From positions 548,727 to 612,726 of the forward strand of contig JAGWFT010000001.1 in the NCBI GenBank assembly GCA_028867755.1: a stretch of DNA of 64,000 bases, in the 5' to 3' direction. The position numbers were made by a program, and so were the translations under genes. This DNA is from Nitrososphaerota archaeon. Lineage in GTDB: Archaea > Thermoproteota > Nitrososphaeria > Nitrososphaerales > Nitrosopumilaceae. Below the pieces are notes generated by a model. It was given only the letters and a program-made list of their open reading frames with translations, did not search any database and was not told where the DNA came from. Shown here one piece after another: positions 28,377 through 38,992 of the stretch (the first letter of the stretch is position 1; every line of letters begins with the position of its first letter).

Positions 28377-31265
28377 TCATTCTATTAGTATGGCAGGCTT
28401 GTATGGTCTTGCAGTCCTAGACTTGTTTTTTGGATCATACTTGTTTTGATCAGACTCAGAAAAGATCTGAACCTTTATTTCATATTCATTTTTTATCAAT
28501 GATTCTAATTCAGACAACATCTTTATTTCGTCAACAAGACTCACTTTATTTTTAGAGTCTCTATCATCTTGAGGATCTGATAAAATATCATTAACTGTCT
28601 TCTTGACAAAATCCGGGTCTTTTTTAATCTCTTCAGTCTCTTTATCAGATATAAGCAATTTTATCAAGCTACCAATGTTGACACCGCCACTTGTGATTTT
28701 CTCTAGAATTTTCTTATAGGCTTTTACTTTCCATGGCGCAGATGTGTATATGGTTATTTTCTTTGGGTTCATTTTTGTTACTTTGATTATATTTTTGATA
28801 TCCTCTAATGTTGATCTCAGAAGAGTTTCGGATTGTATTGCAAGTAAATCAATTTTTGTTTCATTTGGAGTTGGCCAAGAAGATTTTGACACTAACCCTG
28901 AATTTCCAAGTCTTGACCACATCTCTTCGGAAATATATGGTGCAAAGGGAGACATCATTGCAACTCTTGCAGAAAATACTCCATGCAGAATTCCTAAATG
29001 ATCCGTTCTATTTTTTGCCTCAACCCGTTTAAGATACCATTGCAAATCAGAGTCAAACTCATATAAAATATAATGAAGAGCTTCTCTTAATCTCATTTTT
29101 TGAATAGAATAAGTTGCTTTAGAAATCAATTGTTGTAAACGACTCTGAATCCATCTGTCTTCTTGTGTAAGGGTTGTCTCATTTGCAGTCTTGTATTTGG
29201 TGCATTCATCAAGCATATATTCGAGCTTACTTTTGATGCCGCGTACTGCTTCTTGGTTGAAATCTGCGTCTTGCAATAGCTCTGCAGAAATTAAAATTGC
29301 AAGCCTAATGGAATCTGCACCATGTGTTTTGATTGCATCTCTCAACGGTATTATATTGCCCATCGATTTTGACATCTTTTTACCATCCATCAAAACTGAA
29401 CCATTAACCACTATTTCTTCAGGCCAATATTTTTTTGGAAATATTGCTAGATGATTAAAAATAAAAAATGTCAAGTGATTTGGTACAAGATCCCTTCCTG
29501 AATGTCTTGCATTAACTGGATAATAATACTGAAATTCTTTTTTAATACTCTCCAATCTCTCAGAAACTATTTTAGAATCTGACGAGACCTGCTCAGATTT
29601 TCCCTTGTCAAGAAATATGTAATCAAAAAATGAATCAGATATGTGTTCTGAATTTATCTGATTAGCATTGACATATTTTGCTATGATGTAGTAAGCCATG
29701 TAGATGACAGAATCTGACAAACTCTCTATTATCCAATTTTTATCCCAAGGTAATTTTGTTCCAAGGCCATGTTGTCTGGCACATGCCCTTTCTTTGAGCC
29801 AGTCTACTACGTGATTGAACTCATTTCTGATCTCTTCGGGAAGTATCTTCATCTCATTTATCCAAGAATGAACTTTTTCTTTCCATTCTGGATTTGAGTA
29901 ATTGAGGAACCATTGATTATCCAAAAGCTTGACTACACATTCAGCTCCACATCTGCATCTTACAGGACTTTCGTTTAGTTCATACAGGATGTCTGCATTA
30001 CCATTTCCAAGAATCCATTTCTTAACCTCTTCCTTTGCATCAGTGACTGTTTTTTGAGCAAACCTGCCAGTATTTTGTTTGAGTTTTCCGCTATAGAATT
30101 CTTTTGCATAAAGTTCCTTAGTAGCTTCTTCCAACTTTGGATTATTTTGATTGTCTATGCCAAGTTTTTGAATTAAATCCCTTGCAGGAATATCGCTATA
30201 TCCTTCTGTCTCAATTATGGAAATGGGTTTGATCTCTGAAAGAAAAGGTAAATTTGTATACTTATCCATGTTCTTTTTCAAATCCTCTAGTGCTTGATAG
30301 TCAAATGGAGCATGAGCAGGCACTGACATTACAAGACCAGTACCATTATCGCTTTCTACAAACGTAGCAGGTAGTATGAAGATATCCTTATTTCTTTCTG
30401 GAATTTTTATTTTTCTGCCTACAAGTTCAGCTCCTGTTATATTTCCAATCTTTGTTATTTTCTTATTTAGGAATCCTAACTTTGTAGCACATTCTGAGCT
30501 GATTACCCACTCCTCATTATCGACTTTTGTAATCTCATAATTGACATCTGGATTTACCCAAAGATTAGTTACGCCAAATATTGTCTCTGGACGTAGAGTA
30601 GCGATTGGTAAAACATACTTGTCATCTCTGAATTTAATAACTGTGTATTCTGTAAAACTCGGTTCTACATCCCCTAGAGTATCATGTTGGGACACAGGAT
30701 TCTGATCTTTTGGGCACCATCCTACTGGGTGTGTTCCTTGAATGACAAGACCATTTTCTTTTAATTTTTTAAACTGCCATTCTATGAATTTATTGTAAAA
30801 GGGATCTATAGTAGTGAATTCTCGCCTCCAATCTATTGAATATCCCATCTCTATCATACCAGCTTTAATCTCTTGATGAAAATAATCTGCAATTTTTACA
30901 GGCTCTGAGAATTCTCTTATTTTTTCATCGGGAACTTTATATAATGTTCGAAATGCATCGATGAGATTCTTATCATTTTCTTGTACTCTTCTGGCCATAC
31001 CAAGAATTGGGGTTCCAGTATAATGAAATCCCATTGGAAATAATACGTTATATCCAGACATCCGCATGAATCTTGCATGGACATCAGCTAACGTGTATGT
31101 TCTACCATGTCCTATGTGTTGTGGTGAATTGGGGTAAGGATAGGCTACAGTTACAAAGAATTTCTTTCTTGCATCAGGATCACTCTCAAATTGTTTTTCT
31201 GCATGCCATTTTTGTCTCCATTTCTCTTCTATTGATATCCAATCCATCGTTTTGTCACTTTCCAA
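28377..31265 (-). CDS. leuS: Leucine--tRNA ligase (archaeal type)
   Basis: HIGH, KMSKS, ATLRPET editing domain, GTGLVMSVPAHAP. Confidence 0.96.
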   Translation of the reverse strand: MESDKTMDWISIEEKWRQKWHAEKQFESDPDARKKFFVTVAYPYPNSPQHIGHGRTYTLADVHARFMRMSGYNVLFPMGFHYTGTPILGMARRVQENDKNLIDAFRTLYKVPDEKIREFSEPVKIADYFHQEIKAGMIEMGYSIDWRREFTTIDPFYNKFIEWQFKKLKENGLVIQGTHPVGWCPKDQNPVSQHDTLGDVEPSFTEYTVIKFRDDKYVLPIATLRPETIFGVTNLWVNPDVNYEITKVDNEEWVISSECATKLGFLNKKITKIGNITGAELVGRKIKIPERNKDIFILPATFVESDNGTGLVMSVPAHAPFDYQALEDLKKNMDKYTNLPFLSEIKPISIIETEGYSDIPARDLIQKLGIDNQNNPKLEEATKELYAKEFYSGKLKQNTGRFAQKTVTDAKEEVKKWILGNGNADILYELNESPVRCRCGAECVVKLLDNQWFLNYSNPEWKEKVHSWINEMKILPEEIRNEFNHVVDWLKERACARQHGLGTKLPWDKNWIIESLSDSVIYMAYYIIAKYVNANQINSEHISDSFFDYIFLDKGKSEQVSSDSKIVSERLESIKKEFQYYYPVNARHSGRDLVPNHLTFFIFNHLAIFPKKYWPEEIVVNGSVLMDGKKMSKSMGNIIPLRDAIKTHGADSIRLAILISAELLQDADFNQEAVRGIKSKLEYMLDECTKYKTANETTLTQEDRWIQSRLQQLISKATYSIQKMRLREALHYILYEFDSDLQWYLKRVEAKNRTDHLGILHGVFSARVAMMSPFAPYISEEMWSRLGNSGLVSKSSWPTPNETKIDLLAIQSETLLRSTLEDIKNIIKVTKMNPKKITIYTSAPWKVKAYKKILEKITSGGVNIGSLIKLLISDKETEEIKKDPDFVKKTVNDILSDPQDDRDSKNKVSLVDEIKMLSELESLIKNEYEIKVQIFSESDQNKYDPKNKSRTARPYKPAILIE

Positions 31266-33960
31266 GAATGGATTGTTCAGCTACAAGAAGTGCATCTTTT
31301 ATCTTGGATAGATCTTTTCCCCCACCTTGTCCAAATGTATCCTTCCCGCCTCCTGAACCACCTAATACTTTGGCTATGTTTTTGACTAAATCTCCTGCTT
31401 TCATGGTCTTTACAGCGTCAGCACCAGAGAATGCAACTATGCGAATCGAATCATTTTTTATGATCAGTGCACAATAGATGAGAGATTTATCAAGATTAGA
31501 TGCTTGTTCGCCTACCGATATATGGTATTCATCGTCAAGTTCTTCCTCAACCATGATGAATAGCTTGACTTTTCCAAGATTTTTTGCTTGAGCAATTGCT
31601 GTCTTTGCAGCAGATTCTGATGTTCTTTTCATAATCTGCTTTATCTTCTTTTTTGCATCTTCACCATCTTTGACAACATGTTCAAATGATTCTAGAATTT
31701 TTTCCTTGCTTGAGCCAAGGGTTTTTACTATATGTGATATTTTCTTGTCTTGATTTTGTGTATATTTGAGTGCTGCTTCTCCAGAAACAAATTCTAATCG
31801 TACTACACCATCTTGTATTCTTTCCGCTTTTGTAATCTTGATCAAGCCTAATTCGCCTGTTTTATTGACATGGGTTCCACCACATGCTTCAACATCAAGG
31901 CCGTCTATGTTTACAATCCTGACTAATTTTACTGGAACAACCCCACCTTGATATATCCTAAATCCATATTTTTGCTCAGCATCACCGCGCTCAAATTCAT
32001 TGATGAGAACAGGTATGTTTTTTCTAATAGTAAGATTGGCAAAATCTTCAATTTTTATTATTTCTTCTTCTGTAAGGTTTGAATGATGAGTAATGTCAAG
32101 TCTTGCATAATCCTTGTCCTTGAACGCTGAATGTTGCCAAATCCATGAACCTAAAGTGTTTCTTGCAGATGCATTAATGACATGTGTACTTGTATGGTGT
32201 CGTGTTATACCGTAACGCCGTGCCACATCTATCTTGCATTTTACATTTTCCCCCTCTTTAGGAGTTCCACCTCTTGTTTCATGAACTACGATGTTACCAT
32301 GTTTATTCACATCAACAACATCATAGTTTTCAATCCTTCCATGGTCAGGCTCTTGACCGCCCCCTCTTGGATAAAATGACGTTTTATCAAGTATCACATA
32401 CTTTCCATTTATGACTTTGAGTACCTTGGCTTCAAATTCATATGGATCTTCTTTGTAGTACAGCAAATTTGTATCTGGAATTTTATCTAAATCCATCTGT
32501 ATTGCTTTTTCAGCCTTCTCTGATTGATGTAGATCAGACAGTCTTTCGTAAAATGTAGGAGGTATTTCTGAAATGATCAGGGTCTCTTTTAGAAAATCAG
32601 GTGTTATACCATCTGATTCGTATAATCTAATTAAATCCTCTACAGTTAATTTCTTGTTTTGTGATTTTAATGTACTTGCAATATTTGTCATCCTAATTCG
32701 TGATTCTTTATAACGCTCCTTCTCAATCTTGATTATTGTTTTGACATCTTTTCGAGTTCCTTCAAGTTCTGGGTATGTTGATTTTAGATAATCTATGTGC
32801 AAGTCAATTAGATTGTCAAGATCAAAGTTCCACCCAAACCTATCTATTGTTGCTAACGTGCGTCTCAGTATCATCCTTAGATTGTATCCTCCACCGACAT
32901 TACTTGGCAATGCGCCATCTGAGATGGCAAATATTAGAGTTCTTAGATGGTCTGCAATGAGATAGATTCCTTCTAGAGGTGAAATCATCTTCTCCATTTT
33001 ATTATTGTCAATTTCTGCCTCTGCAGCAGCATTTTTTCTTGCTATTGATATGTCAGTAGACTCGGATAATGTCTTGGAGATAGCTCTGAAATATCTCGAT
33101 ATGATATTAGAATTTAATTCGAGGCCTGTCTTTTCTGTCATGTGTTTTATTATGGGACCAAAACAACAATCATAGGCAGTTGGAGTTCCCATTGTAATCC
33201 ATGCAAATCGTTCAAGTCCTGCTCCCATATCTATAATTTTTTGGTCTAATACAGAATAGTTTTCTAAATTGCCTTGGAATTCAGTAAATACCGCATTACC
33301 TAGTTCTAATCCTCGTACGAAATATTCTAACGATGATCCAAACGAACCTCCACCTGCCCATACGTCTTCCACAAAAACTATCTCTTCTTTGTTAATCCCA
33401 AATCTGTCAGTGAGTAGTCTAAAATCTAGCTCAACACATTTGTCCTTCCAATAACCTTGCGAGTTTGGTATGCTGTGTTGGCCAATCATGCAAAAACTTG
33501 AAAAGTGTCTGCCTGTCACTCCCACATTTTCTATATCTTTGAATCTAAGGCATGTTTGTGGTACAATCAAAGGATTTGCCGGAAACTCAAAGACTACTTT
33601 TGAACCCATCACTCTTTGAAAATCAACAATGGATGCAATTGTAAAGTATAGATCGTCTCTCCATCTGCATACTACTGGATATCTGCTAACTGATTTGTGT
33701 CCGTTACTTACAAAAAAGGATTCTACTTCTTTCCAAGCTTGTGTATAATCAAATCGCTTTTTGGTAGGAGGATCTCCTATGAATGAATAGCTATTTTCTA
33801 AATGGTCAGGGCAAAAATTTTGTCCATTATCTAGCACCCAAAAATATCTACCACATTTGGAACATGATTTTCTCTTGAATCCCTCTTTTTCAAAAAGGGC
33901 AACCTTGTAATACCTATCTGGGTCTGATGAAAACTTGGCAAGAATCTCACTCTTGTCCAT
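31255..33960 (-). CDS. alaS: Alanine--tRNA ligase
   Basis: VGVTGRH, DMGAGLER, HTSTH/EACGGTH editing domain, C-terminal GGGK..FGQGGG. Confidence 0.96.
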   Translation of the reverse strand: MDKSEILAKFSSDPDRYYKVALFEKEGFKRKSCSKCGRYFWVLDNGQNFCPDHLENSYSFIGDPPTKKRFDYTQAWKEVESFFVSNGHKSVSRYPVVCRWRDDLYFTIASIVDFQRVMGSKVVFEFPANPLIVPQTCLRFKDIENVGVTGRHFSSFCMIGQHSIPNSQGYWKDKCVELDFRLLTDRFGINKEEIVFVEDVWAGGGSFGSSLEYFVRGLELGNAVFTEFQGNLENYSVLDQKIIDMGAGLERFAWITMGTPTAYDCCFGPIIKHMTEKTGLELNSNIISRYFRAISKTLSESTDISIARKNAAAEAEIDNNKMEKMISPLEGIYLIADHLRTLIFAISDGALPSNVGGGYNLRMILRRTLATIDRFGWNFDLDNLIDLHIDYLKSTYPELEGTRKDVKTIIKIEKERYKESRIRMTNIASTLKSQNKKLTVEDLIRLYESDGITPDFLKETLIISEIPPTFYERLSDLHQSEKAEKAIQMDLDKIPDTNLLYYKEDPYEFEAKVLKVINGKYVILDKTSFYPRGGGQEPDHGRIENYDVVDVNKHGNIVVHETRGGTPKEGENVKCKIDVARRYGITRHHTSTHVINASARNTLGSWIWQHSAFKDKDYARLDITHHSNLTEEEIIKIEDFANLTIRKNIPVLINEFERGDAEQKYGFRIYQGGVVPVKLVRIVNIDGLDVEACGGTHVNKTGELGLIKITKAERIQDGVVRLEFVSGEAALKYTQNQDKKISHIVKTLGSSKEKILESFEHVVKDGEDAKKKIKQIMKRTSESAAKTAIAQAKNLGKVKLFIMVEEELDDEYHISVGEQASNLDKSLIYCALIIKNDSIRIVAFSGADAVKTMKAGDLVKNIAKVLGGSGGGKDTFGQGGGKDLSKIKDALLVAEQSILGK

Positions 33961-34037
33961 TTCACAAGTTTTTGTTCCGATGGATATTAAGCATTCTGAA
34001 GCAACACATTAAATATGATCTTTTTTGAGAATTTCTT

Positions 34038-34550
34038 ATGTTCATATTTGAAAAGAAAGGCTGGAAAGAGGGAGATTATGTTTTTGCTTCCCAACAAAAC
34101 GGCGACTATCGAGATGTTGTAATAGGTATTGTAACAGGAATAGAGAACTCCAAAATAGGAGTGAACGGTATCATAATAAATCCAGTTGGCCTGAAAAACA
34201 AGGTTTCTCAAGGAAAGGCTGGTCCACAATCAGAACAGATATTGAAAAATCCTAATCCAAAAGAGGTCATCTTTGCTTTAATCTACAGAGTTGAATATGA
34301 CAACTTTACAGGAATTTTTGATGTAGGCACTGACCATGTAGAGAAACTACACAAAAATATTTACAGTATTATCACTGGATGGGTAAGAGAATCTATTCCA
34401 GAATTGATAAACAATGTTCTTTCTTTGTCCGATGGACTAGATAAGGATCAGGCAAAAAGGCTTTTGAAACAAAGGATGGATACACTGTATGATAAGGATC
34501 TAAAGAGATACATGTATTCTATTTGCAGAAGTCTGAAGATCCTCAATTAA
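34038..34550 (+). CDS. Hypothetical protein
   Basis: 170 aa ORF filling the gap between alaS and rpl12. Confidence 0.7.
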   Translation: MFIFEKKGWKEGDYVFASQQNGDYRDVVIGIVTGIENSKIGVNGIIINPVGLKNKVSQGKAGPQSEQILKNPNPKEVIFALIYRVEYDNFTGIFDVGTDHVEKLHKNIYSIITGWVRESIPELINNVLSLSDGLDKDQAKRLLKQRMDTLYDKDLKRYMYSICRSLKILN

Positions 34551-34611
34551 CTTATTTACCGTCTATATTTTTTGTAAGCAAGAAAATCTCCATAGTTTTA
34601 TATTATGGCTC

Positions 34612-34932
34612 TTGCAAATTCCGTTTACAATGGAATACGTATACGCTGCATTGCTTTTGCACAAAGAAAAGAAGGAAATCAATGAGGCAAATATTACTAG
34701 TATAATTAAGGCCTCAGGAGCTACAGTAAACGAAGCTCAAGTAAAAGCACTCATAGCAGCATTAGCTGATGTGAACATTGAAGAGGCAATTAAAGCTGCA
34801 CCAGTTGCAGTAGCCGCAGCACCAGCAGCATCCGCAGCAAGTGGTGCTAAAGAAGAAAAGAAAGAAGCTGAAGTACCCTCTGGAAAGACTGAAGAGCAGG
34901 CAATGGAAGGCCTTTCAGCACTGTTCGGTTAA
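34612..34932 (+). CDS. rpl12: 50S ribosomal protein L12 (P1/P2 stalk)
   Basis: [11 protein letters not shown], Ala-rich hinge, C-terminal GLSALFG. Confidence 0.95.
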   Translation: MQIPFTMEYVYAALLLHKEKKEINEANITSIIKASGATVNEAQVKALIAALADVNIEEAIKAAPVAVAAAPAASAASGAKEEKKEAEVPSGKTEEQAMEGLSALFG

Positions 34933-35002
34933 ATCTGTCATTTTATTTCCTTTTTTGTAATTCTCTAAAGATTATTTACTATCTTATCTAATACCTTGTA
35001 AT

Positions 35003-35638
35003 TTGACAGAGTTTTCATTACCTGTTCAGGCCACCATTCTTGCCTTGGACCTTTTTGGAACCATGGCTTTTGCTGTTACTGGTGCATTCAAGGCAATTGA
35101 ACACAAAGCCGATATTGTTGGCATAATAATTCTATCAACAATTACTGGTGTGGCGGGAGGAATTCTGAGAGATATAGTGATGGGACACTTTCCCCCTCAT
35201 TCTATATCTGATCCTTATTACATGATCATAACTGTAACAACTGGAATTATCATATTCTTTCTATATCCAAAAATGCAAAAACACTGGAATTTATTTTTAA
35301 AATTTGATGCAATAGGACTTGGAGTTTTTACTGCTATTGGGGCAACATTTGCATATGAACTCTATGGTATGAATTTTCTTGCTATTGCTTTAGCAGGTAT
35401 GGTAACTGCTGTTGGGGGTGGAATTTTACGTGATATGTTCGTAAACGAAGTACCTATGGTATTTGTAAAAGAACTATATGCTTCTGCAAGTTTTCTTGGC
35501 GTGTTAGTTTTCTATATTGCACTTACCATCGATTATAATCTAGAGATTGCAACAATATCTTCTATTGTAGTTACAACTATACTTAGACTTGTAGCAATGA
35601 AATACAACTGGAATTTGCCAAAGGCACGTGAAAAATAA
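35003..35638 (+). CDS. Trimeric intracellular cation channel (TRIC) family protein
   Basis: Duplicated motif GGGILRD/AGGILRD, DAIGLGVF. Confidence 0.88.
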   Translation: MTEFSLPVQATILALDLFGTMAFAVTGAFKAIEHKADIVGIIILSTITGVAGGILRDIVMGHFPPHSISDPYYMIITVTTGIIIFFLYPKMQKHWNLFLKFDAIGLGVFTAIGATFAYELYGMNFLAIALAGMVTAVGGGILRDMFVNEVPMVFVKELYASASFLGVLVFYIALTIDYNLEIATISSIVVTTILRLVAMKYNWNLPKAREK

Positions 35639-35647
35639 ATTTCTTAT

Positions 35648-36514
35648 TTACTGTGAGGTATAATTCTTTAATTTGCCTGCCAGCGCAGTCGCCTGGGCGT
35701 GAGCTTTTTGGAGTGTCTGTTTCCTAGTTTCCTCAGTTAGGTAACCTGATTCGATAGCAAGTGATCTGGCATGTTGTGCGGCTCTTGCAAGAATTGCATT
35801 GACATTTTCCTTTGTCACATATCCTATCTCAATGGATAGGGACATTGCTTCTTGATGGGCCCTTGCAAATGCCTCTCTATACTTTTCTACATCAATTATT
35901 AGTTCTTCTTGATTGTAGACTATACTTTCCTCTAACGCTGAGTTCAGAATGATTCCTGCCTCGACTGGTTTGACATCAAGCTTACTGAGAAGAGTTGCAA
36001 GTTTTGTAGAAATTACATCACCTTTCTTTGCAGCAGTAGAGTCTTTAGTTATCCAAATTGTCCCTTGATCAATCTTTGTAGCAACTCCAGCCTCCTTGAA
36101 ATCAGTAAGGATCGGACCAGGAGTTATTCCTGTGTTACCTGCCTTTATGATGACATCAATACTTGCCTTGTCTCCACCTCTAGCCGCTAACATTATCTTG
36201 TTCTTCCCAAGCAAAATGTTTAGCTTATGCGGGCTCATGTTTGTGAACATTAAGACACATTGACCAACCAGTTTGTCAACCAACTTTTCGATTGCTGGCA
36301 TCTTAAGTGCAGTGAGTGCTTTTTGAGCTACTTTGTCTTTAATACTGATGATCTCAACTTCGTTTTTGAATTTCTTCCTTAATGGTAATAACTGAGAAGA
36401 TCTGACCTTTTCCATTCGCACTAGTGCGATTACTTTGTATTTTTTTGGAAGTTCTTGTACCTGTTGATACATCTGCATTTTCTTTTGGGGATATTCAGTT
36501 CTATTCTGATGCAT
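35648..36514 (-). CDS. rpl10: 50S ribosomal protein L10 (P0)
   Basis: AGNTGITPGP, TKIDQGTIWI. Confidence 0.95.
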   Translation of the reverse strand: MHQNRTEYPQKKMQMYQQVQELPKKYKVIALVRMEKVRSSQLLPLRKKFKNEVEIISIKDKVAQKALTALKMPAIEKLVDKLVGQCVLMFTNMSPHKLNILLGKNKIMLAARGGDKASIDVIIKAGNTGITPGPILTDFKEAGVATKIDQGTIWITKDSTAAKKGDVISTKLATLLSKLDVKPVEAGIILNSALEESIVYNQEELIIDVEKYREAFARAHQEAMSLSIEIGYVTKENVNAILARAAQHARSLAIESGYLTEETRKQTLQKAHAQATALAGKLKNYTSQ

Positions 36515-36515
36515 C

Positions 36516-37169
36516 TTACTTCGTTCCTGCCTGTGGTTTGATTACTTTGCCCATGGTAGTCTTCACCATGATTTTCTTAATGTTCTTGTCACCGCTTGGT
36601 AGTTTTTTCTCAATGGTATTGATTACTGCATTTGCGTTAGCAGCTAAATCATCATCTGACATGGATTCATCACCTATCATGCATGCCAATGAAAGAGAAT
36701 TTCTCAGTCTTACTCTAATTGAGGATCTGAATCTTTCTAATATTGTATCTATTGGTGCATTGAATGGAACTGGAGTTGGCATCTTTCCTCTTGGGCCCAT
36801 AAATTGACCTAGTATCTTACCAACATTAGCCATAAGTTGAGTATCTGCAAGAAAGAAATCGTAACCATTAATCAGTTTGCGTGACTCCCTCTTGTTGGTA
36901 CCAATTTGTGTCAGTTGGGCTCCATCCACAACCTTGTCAGCATTTGCACTTTTGGCCTTCAGTCCGAGATCGCCTGAAGCAATCACACACACAGATGCAG
37001 GCTGGTTTAATTTCTTTGGTAACTGAACAGTCTCGTTAATGGCAAATCCTTTCTTAACATCGATATCCTTGAAAACCATGATTAGCTCTACGGATTGCTT
37101 GAATTTTCTCTCCTTCTGCTCCTTCTTAGCTTCAGTTATCATTTGAGCTACTTGTAATTCGTTGATCAT
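36516..37169 (-). CDS. rpl1: 50S ribosomal protein L1
   Basis: RKFKQSVEL, MGPRGKMPTP, VKTTMG. Confidence 0.96.
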   Translation of the reverse strand: MINELQVAQMITEAKKEQKERKFKQSVELIMVFKDIDVKKGFAINETVQLPKKLNQPASVCVIASGDLGLKAKSANADKVVDGAQLTQIGTNKRESRKLINGYDFFLADTQLMANVGKILGQFMGPRGKMPTPVPFNAPIDTILERFRSSIRVRLRNSLSLACMIGDESMSDDDLAANANAVINTIEKKLPSGDKNIKKIMVKTTMGKVIKPQAGTK

Positions 37170-37335
37170 TACGAAAGGGCTTTCTGAATGCCTATTTAAA
37201 ATCGTTTACTGGCAGAATTATTCGGAAAAGACCTACATCTAAAAATTTCATCTTATGAAATTTAAGTTGTAAGAACATCAGTTTTCTATAACAGAACTTA
37301 CATTTATTAAATAGTAACAAAAAGTAGTCGCAAAG

Positions 37336-37794
37336 TTGCACAAATTTGACGAACTAGACATGAAAATAATTACTGAACTCACCAGAGACGGTAATATTTC
37401 TGTGCCAAACCTTTCAAAAAAATTAGGAATAAACACATCTGTACTATATAGTAGGATCAAAAGGCTCACCAAAAAGAAATTAGTAAAGAAGTTTACAATA
37501 GTGGTAGATGAATCGCTAATAGGTATTGGTGTAAGAGCTACGATGGGAATCAACAGAGACCCTAAGTTAAAGGATCAAATTCACAAATCTCTCATGAAAA
37601 CACCCGAAGTCATAGAAATATCTGAGGTTACTGGCAGGTTTGATATTCTAATTACTCTGAGAGCCAAGAATCTGGAAGAATTACATACTGTTGCAATTGA
37701 AAAGATTGGAAAGATAGAGGGAATACAAAATACTGAAACTTTTGTCGAACTTCAGAGAACGGATAAAGATCCTGTATACTCTATGACCGAATAG
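37336..37794 (+). CDS. Lrp/AsnC family transcription regulator
   Basis: DELDMKIITEL N-terminal HTH, EVTGRFDI RAM domain. Confidence 0.92.
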   Translation: MHKFDELDMKIITELTRDGNISVPNLSKKLGINTSVLYSRIKRLTKKKLVKKFTIVVDESLIGIGVRATMGINRDPKLKDQIHKSLMKTPEVIEISEVTGRFDILITLRAKNLEELHTVAIEKIGKIEGIQNTETFVELQRTDKDPVYSMTE

Positions 37795-37795
37795 T

Positions 37796-38278
37796 TTACT
37801 TGAACTTCTCTTCCCATTTGCCTGCGTTAATTTCTGCAGTTACTTCTTTGGGATTCTTTCCATCTACCTTTATTCCAAGAGATAAGCATGTTCCAATGAC
37901 CTCTTTTGCTGCAGCTTTAAAGTCTATGGCATAAGACGAATCAATTTTTAATTTTGCAACCTTTACGGCAGAATCAATTGTAATCTCGCCAACCCAAGTA
38001 GCACCAGATGTTCCTGATCCTTTTTGAAGACCAGCCTCTTTCAAAATTAGTGCTGCTGCAGAAGGAATTCCCACATCTACTGTCCATTGTTTACTTTTCT
38101 TATCTACAGTGACAGTAACTGGAATTTTCATGCCCTCGAAATCTTTTGTTTTCTCGTTAATGGTACTAACTATCTGTAGGATGTTCACGCCCAATGGTCC
38201 TAACGTAGGGCCTAATGGAGGACCAGCACTTGCTTGTCCGCCTGTTACAAGTGCAGAAACTGTTTGAACATCTGTCAT
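37796..38278 (-). CDS. rpl11: 50S ribosomal protein L11
   Basis: GGQASAGPPLGP.LGPLG, GTCLSLG. Confidence 0.96.
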   Translation of the reverse strand: MTDVQTVSALVTGGQASAGPPLGPTLGPLGVNILQIVSTINEKTKDFEGMKIPVTVTVDKKSKQWTVDVGIPSAAALILKEAGLQKGSGTSGATWVGEITIDSAVKVAKLKIDSSYAIDFKAAAKEVIGTCLSLGIKVDGKNPKEVTAEINAGKWEEKFK

Positions 38279-38315
38279 GATTTCTCTTCCCTCTTTACTG
38301 TAAATTTAATCCTTG

Positions 38316-38771
38316 CTACTGTGATGATGGTTTGAGATAGTTTGCATCTACAGTTACTGGAAGTTGATAAGGTGCATCGAGCAAAATCACAGTTGCTTCT
38401 TCTTTATCATGATCAATTCTGGTGATTGTTGCTTTCATGCCTTTGAAAGGACCTCCAATTATCTCAACTATTTGATCAACTGAAAGCTCTGACACGGTAG
38501 ATTTCTTTATAAGATATCCCTCGATGTCTTTGAATTGCAATTCTCCTCTAAGCTGGCCTCTGATGTGTCTCATTCCTTGCAAAGCATCAAATGCAGCATT
38601 TGCATCAATTGCCTCCAATACCACATATCCTTTTAGATTTTCCAATAACAAAACAGATTGTATGTTTAATTTCTTTAACTTGATTCGATTGTCCAAGAGT
38701 CCAAGTACTACCTTTTCTTGGCCTCCAGTGGTCCTAATTGCAAAAAAATGAGATTTTATTTCCTGCGTCAA
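38316..38771 (-). CDS. spt5: Transcription elongation factor Spt5 (NusG)
   Basis: IRTTGGQE NGN domain and KOW motif VEIIGGPFKG. Confidence 0.95.
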   Translation of the reverse strand: MTQEIKSHFFAIRTTGGQEKVVLGLLDNRIKLKKLNIQSVLLLENLKGYVVLEAIDANAAFDALQGMRHIRGQLRGELQFKDIEGYLIKKSTVSELSVDQIVEIIGGPFKGMKATITRIDHDKEEATVILLDAPYQLPVTVDANYLKPSSQ

Positions 38772-38773
38772 GT

Positions 38774-38953
38774 CTACCTGTGTCCTAAATTGATTACTGC
38801 AAATGTAAACTGTATTATGAAACCGATGCCACCAACAGTAGCCATTCCTAGAACCACTAATCGTAAATGCTGCATATAGTCATCCTTGTCTGACTTCCTT
38901 GCAAGCTTTATGGTGTTTGCCATATCCTTCAACATTTGTCTTGGGTTTACCAT
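38774..38953 (-). CDS. secE: Protein translocase SecE/Sec61-gamma (not in ORF track)
   Basis: Translated by hand: MVNPRQMLKDMANTIKLARKSDKDDYMQHLRLVVLGMATVGGIGFIIQFTFAVINLGHR*. One TM helix; conserved position upstream of spt5. Confidence 0.9.
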   Translation of the reverse strand: MVNPRQMLKDMANTIKLARKSDKDDYMQHLRLVVLGMATVGGIGFIIQFTFAVINLGHR

Positions 38954-38992
38954 TGAAGGAAGTTAATAAAGTGTACTTATAATCCTTATTTT

